Assembly (NCBI GenBank): GCA_040752415.1
Contig: JBFMGU010000017.1
Span: 1-64,000 of the forward strand
Origin: Myxococcota bacterium
Lineage (GTDB): Bacteria; Myxococcota; JACRCW01
Direction of reading: 5' to 3'
DNA length: 64,000 nt
Below, one piece after another: positions 63,808 to 64,000 of this stretch. The translations under genes and the position numbers were made by a program. The notes below the pieces were generated by a model. It saw nothing but the letters and a program-made list of their open reading frames with translations, did not search any database and had not been told where the DNA came from. The stretch's first letter is position 1; every line of letters begins with the position of its first letter.

Positions 63808-63980
63808 TCCATCCGAGCCAAAGCGGTACTTCATACCGCAGTCCGAGAGTGCGGCTCGTTCTTCCCAGTCAGCTGGGGGCCGCACATGGTCAGGGTGCAC
63901 GCCGTGCCGGTGACGCCATCACGACGAGCGGCCGGCACTTTCGGACTGCGGTATGAAGTACCGCTTTGCCTCGGGATGGA
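63808..63980. repeat. ~170-bp REP doublet with ~50-bp inverted arms
   Basis: ccatccgagccaaagcggtacttcataccgcagtccgagagtgc vs the reverse complement of 63935-63979, ccatcccgaggcaaagcggtacttcataccgcagtccgaaagtgc. Each arm has an internal palindrome gcggta-cttca-taccgc. Confidence 0.88.
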
Positions 63981-64000
63981 TGGTCCACCGCACAACACCA

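Noticed and set aside
1..64000. tRNA, rRNA, transposase or integrase genes
   Set aside because: None recognised by eye; a covariance-model search was not possible.

Overview
Very GC-rich bacterial DNA. The gene style (Cys-rich lipoproteins, DAG/DAA linkers, Ser-rich linkers, FAAL, a small 'PVRVPV' peptide) suggests a myxobacterium (Myxococcota); this is an inference. About 40 genes are supported. They include a 3396-aa repetitive surface lipoprotein, a CzcCBA-like heavy-metal RND operon with a Cys-rich leader ORF, and a ~3450-aa signal-peptide-bearing Rhs/YD protein ending in a Tse2-like (ADP-ribosyltransferase-fold) toxin followed by a likely immunity gene. The rest is a run of housekeeping and hydrolase genes. 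The most striking non-coding signal lies just downstream of the toxin-immunity pair (31.4-32.9 kb). Four XerC/XerD dif-like sites occur there in alternating orientation, paired into two ~120-130-bp foldable hairpins with shared GC-rich flanking arms, and they bracket a single orphan gene. This resembles the folded CTX-phage attP and integron attC sites and may be a Xer-driven gene-cassette system. Three REP-doublet/MITE-like inverted-repeat elements are also present. All assignments come from reading motifs by eye; no searches were run.
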